A stretch of 63,934 nucleotides of DNA, counting the filler, from Folioceros fuciformis (lineage: Eukaryota): the NCBI GenBank assembly GCA_049999805.1. It is 5 parts of 4 records of this genome, joined end to end, with 100 filler letters (N's around TTAATTAATTAA, not from the genome) between each part and the next. Parts side by side here need not be neighbours in the genome. Positions count along the whole stretch, not along the records: positions 59,792 to 62,471 come from JBNGIO010006358.1; positions 62,572 to 63,934 come from JBNGIO010006446.1; 3 more parts are not named here. One strand, given 5' to 3'. A program made the translations under genes and the position numbers. The number at the start of each line of letters is the position of its first letter. Within the stretch, counting starts at the first letter, position 1. Of the stretch, positions 59,792 to 63,934 are shown piece by piece. The notes beneath the pieces are model-generated. The model ran no database searches. It was given only the letters and a program-made list of their open reading frames with translations, and had not been told where the DNA came from.

Positions 59792-62471
59792 ACAGACCAC
59801 AGCCATACGAGAATTCTCGTCAATGAAATGAAGCATTTGGCTGAGCAATTGACGACGAAGATCAAGGAATTCACTGATTACCTGCTGAGATTGGAGATTA
59901 CTGACGGCATCCCGCAGGCATCAGTGCTTCCCGATCATCCACATTCCGCTGCCTGAGAGCCGGGAGGTGCGAAGCGCCGCGTTTGCTCCCGCGACTCTTC
60001 GGCCTGTGAGGACGGCTGGCGGAACGGCGCGTCCACGTTGCCGAAGGTGTGAGAGCGAGATCTGAAGGCCGCGCACCACCGGGTACAGAGTCGCTGTTGG
60101 TTGGCGTTGCCCCTAAGCCAACAGACAGTACCTAACTGGAAGGCGGGATTACTGAGGAAGGAGCCGTCCAGCCACACACGACGAGCCAGCCAACTCCTGC
60201 TAGTTGTCTGGTCCTCCCTGTGTGCCTGGACAGCACCCTCCCTTGCAATCCCACTGGTTAGCGCACTACAATCAATAGTGTAGTGTTACACATACCCTCT
60301 TTCCTTCCGTAGGTCGTCACCTCCAGAAGGGAATCGTTGCGTATGACAGACAGCTCTGCGTCCTCTGACGTCGGCAGCGACCCTCCTCACCTTGGTTTTC
60401 TAGATTCCTTGGTGGATCAACTCTCTGCCCAGTTGCACGCGCTAGTGTTAGTACCACAGATGGGTACCAATCCCACACAACCGCCTCCTCCACCTCCTCC
60501 TCCACCACCCCTTCCTGCAAACCCGGTTTGGCATCGGTCAGCACCTCTCCCCACCTTTACCTCAGACATGAAAGAGAAGGACCGCTTTAACGGCACCAAA
60601 TACCCAGTATGGAAGGTGCGCATGCGATCTGCTCTCGAGGCTCGAGGAGTTTGGGGGGTTGTGGACCAATCAGTTCCGGAGCCGGACCCCAACAGCAGTC
60701 CTCCACCATCCGCACTTGCTGTGGAGCGTTGGCAGTCCCTCAACTCTATCGCTCTTGCTTTCTTGATAAATGGCCTTGATGAAGACCTTGTACCTACAGT
60801 GGAATTCCACACACGAGCACATCAAGTTTGGGATNNNNNNNNNNGACGAGTACCAGTCATTGATTAAAAATAAAACCTGGACTCTTGTGGACTTGCCACC
60901 TGGCCGCAAACCCATTTCATGCAAATGGGTCTTCAAACATAAATTGAATGCTAAGGGCAAGATTGCCAGGTATAAGGCCCGTCTTGTGGCCCGTGGTTTT
61001 ACCCAGGTGGAGGGTCTGGACTATCAGGAGACATTTTCTCCTGTTGTTCGGTCTCAATCTATTCGCATGCTACTGGCTCTGGCTGCAGAACTTGACTTGG
61101 ACTTATGGCAGATGGATGTCTGCACAGCATATCTCTATGGCTCTTTAGATGAAGAACTGTACATGCAACAACCGGAAGGGTATGTTAGCAAACAACATCC
61201 TAAGAAGGTCCTTAAACTGCTGAAATGCATTTACGGACTTAAACAGTCTGGACGGGTTTGGTATTTCACCATTCATGTTTACCTGCTAGGCCTGTCGTTT
61301 GTCCAAAGTGCTGCAGATACAAATGTTTACAGATTGACCAGGGGCACTGCCTTCGTCATCGTTGCATTGTATGTCGATGATGTTATCCTGGTCACGAACA
61401 GCAAAGCATTGTTAGCAGAAGTCAAGCAGATGCTCAGCGACAGATTTGAAATGAAGAACATAGGCGATCTAAAATTCTGTTTAGGGATACAGATCCTCCG
61501 CGTTCGTGAAGAAGGGCTACTCATTATCCATCAGCACAAATATATCCGTGAGATCTTGCATAAGTTTAAGATGGATCAAGCTCGCCCAGCTGTTACACCT
61601 TCAGCTGTGGGCATCAAATTGACGCTTTCTCAATGTCCTACCACCACTGAAGCAAAACAGGATATGGCAGATGTCCCTTACAGGCATGCTGTTGGCAGTC
61701 TCTTGTTTGTGGCAAATTGGACTCGCCCCGACATACAGTATGCAGTGAGCACCGCTTCCCAATTTATGGAAAACCCTGGACGCCCTCATTGGGTCGCCGT
61801 AAAGCGAATTTTCCGTTACCTGCAGGGCACTCACACCTATGGGTTATTCTACAAACGGAGTGGTACAGGCACATTCCATCTCTCTGGTTTCACGGATGCA
61901 GACTGGGGTTCGGACAGTGATGGACGTCGCAGTTTGTCAACCTACTGTTTCTTGCTGGCCAATGCATTTGTGAGTTGGAGCTGCAAGAAACAAACGACAA
62001 TAGCCCTGTCCTCGACGGAGGCTGAATACAAATCTCTTACAGAAGCCTCCAAGGAGGCAGAGTGGGCTCAACAGTTTCTGGCTGATCTTGGTCATCCTCA
62101 ACTTTCTCCCACTCCTATCCTCTGCGACAATACTGGTGCTCTTGACCTTGTTGCCAATCCCCGGTATCATGCTCGCACGAAGCATATCGAAATACAACAC
62201 CATTATATCCGAGATGTATCTGCACGTGGCGTGGTGAGGGTTGGTTATGTCGATACCGAGCTGAACACTGCCGACATCTTCACCAAGCCGCTCCCTAAGC
62301 TCAAGCACTATACACACATGACGGGACTCGGCCTGCAGGATTACTCTGCCTACTTCGACTCAGTGTCATGACTCTAGCTACCGCAGCTGGATCTGAACGC
62401 TTATCTGGGGGGGGGGGGGGGGGGGGGAACCTAAGTTCCCTTGTTGCTGCTCCTCTCCAGGCACCGTCTCC
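59792..62471 (+). mobile_element. Ty1/Copia element B: upstream region, gag N-terminus, 10-N gap, intact RT-RNase H
   Basis: gag KEKDRFNGTKYPVWKVRMRSALEARGVWGVV; RT KARLVARGF, QMDVCTAYLYG, YGLKQSGR, LYVDDV; RNase H GFTDADWG, SSTEAEY, ADIFTKPL, open to 62371. Confidence 0.9.
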
Positions 62472-62571
62472 NNNNNNNNNNNNNNNNNNNNNNNNNNNNN
62501 NNNNNNNNNNNNNNNTTAATTAATTAANNNNNNNNNNNNNNNNNNNNNNNNNNNNNNNNNNNNNNNNNNNN

Positions 62572-63934
62572 AAGTGAGGGTTGCATTACGCTCCCCAACA
62601 CCCCCACTCAACGCTCACTTACTCCTCCTAAGTTACCGCCATGTGGACCGATTTGCAGATCCGCCTCCTGAGTACGCGCAGTCTTTGGGATGCCGCTGCA
62701 GCTGCGAGCTGGGTGGACAGCCAGTTATCCTACTCTGACTGCTGCTACCTGACTCTTGAGCGCCGCAAGATGCTGCCAATTGGTCGCCACGACGGGTGTT
62801 CACTTGTATGCACAGGAGGGGACTGGGCTCCGAGTAGCTACCTGTGTCGGCGGACTGGATTGAGGATGAGAAGTTCTTCCAAGCATTTTGAGCCGCCTTC
62901 ACGGGTGACCACCTTCTATGGCAAGTCTCCAAGCCACTCTCCCTTGCTTTCTTGAGCTTGTGGGTGACTGGGTAAGAGTTGTTGTCTTTCTGCAGTGCCA
63001 GGCCTGCAACTATAGACTGCCGACATGTTCTTGAAACCAGGTATGTTCTGACTCTCAAAAACAGCAGTTCTAGCATGCATTTCGATCTAGCATAATCTAA
63101 CACTCTACGTGTTCTTCTCAGGCACAAGGCCTAGCCTCCGGCAATGCTTCAGATGGGCTTCACTTGGCAGGGCCTTGGTGAGAATATCCGCTGGATTTTC
63201 ACTCGTATTGATGTAGCTCAGGACTATTTCCCCACGCTCCATGACATCTCTGATGAAGTGATGATGCACCTCTATGTGTTTGGTGCGAGCGTGGAACACT
63301 GGATTGCCTGCAAGGGCGATCGCTCCCTGGTTGTCACAATGCAAGCATGTTGGTACCTCTTGAGTTTGGCCGACGTCCTGGACGCACCTTCTATCCCACA
63401 CTGCCTCTTTGGTAGCTACAGTAAGAGTCTTGTATTCCGCCTCCGTACTGGAGAGGCAGATACTTGCATTTCTTTTGCAGGACCAGGCCACTGGGCCTCC
63501 AGCTAGGGTGAAGACATATGCTGCAATCGACTTGCGACTGTCGGGGTCGGCAGCCCAGTCGCTGTCACAGAACCCCTCCAGCAGCAGCACTTTCTTGCCA
63601 GAGCCCTTGTAAGTGATGCAATAATCCATTGTGCCTTTGAGATAGCGGAAAATTCTCTTTACCTGGGTCCAGTGCACGCTCCCGAAATGTGCCAGAAATT
63701 GGGAGACAAGATGAACAGGGAAAGCTATATCCATTCGCGTCAGACAGGTAAGAAAAATCAAAGTTCCTACTGCTTGTTTGTACGGCACTTTGGCCATGTC
63801 ACTGACCTCCTCTGCTGTGCTGGCAGCCTGGTCCCTCGTGAGCTTGATGCCAGTAGTCAAAGGTGTTGCAGCTGCATGTGCTTCTGCCAGGTTGAACTTT
63901 GCTAGGCTGTCGAGGATATACTTGCGCTGTGACA
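62572..63934 (-). mobile_element. Ty1/Copia 3' end: RT tail, RNase H, ~500-bp 3' region, PPT and start of 3' LTR
   Basis: VPYKQAVGTL, GFCDSDWAADPDSRKS, SSTEAEY, ADILTKAL (stop at 63105). Purine-rich GAGTGGGGG followed by TGTTGGGG at 62600 on the minus strand. Confidence 0.88.

Noticed and set aside
62408..62427. Poly-G run as a regulatory G-quadruplex
   Set aside because: A homopolymer near a contig end; its length is unreliable and it may be a sequencing artefact.

Overview
Eukaryotic nuclear DNA from the green-plant lineage. The short GT-AG introns, plant-type genes and Copia-dominated repeats suggest a streptophyte alga or early-diverging land plant, but that placement is an inference. 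Four artificial 100-bp linkers (44 N + TTAATTAATTAA + 44 N) and several N gaps mean adjacency across them is unproven. Spliced genes I can reconstruct: 3' end of an OSB-type organellar ssDNA-binding protein, TFIIH p52/TFB2, 6-phosphogluconolactonase, a GT90/CAP10 glycosyltransferase, two divergently oriented paralogous secreted beta-helix proteins with matching exon structure, a RAY1-like GT77, an LPA1/2-phosphoglycerate-kinase-like P-loop NTPase, a NusB-domain protein and a conserved plant protein of unknown function. Mobile DNA: one two-LTR degenerate Copia, four further Copia segments (one element nested in another), a Ty3/gypsy-like gag remnant, a CRE-like non-LTR RT fragment and many minisatellites. 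The best leads are (i) the bacterial-like beta-helix pair, (ii) a decayed extra ORF upstream of gag in a Copia, with a possible counterpart in a related element, and (iii) a regularly spaced 22-bp palindrome array abutting the CRE-like RT. No CRISPR array, tRNA or rRNA was recognised. All family assignments are from motif recognition, not database searches.
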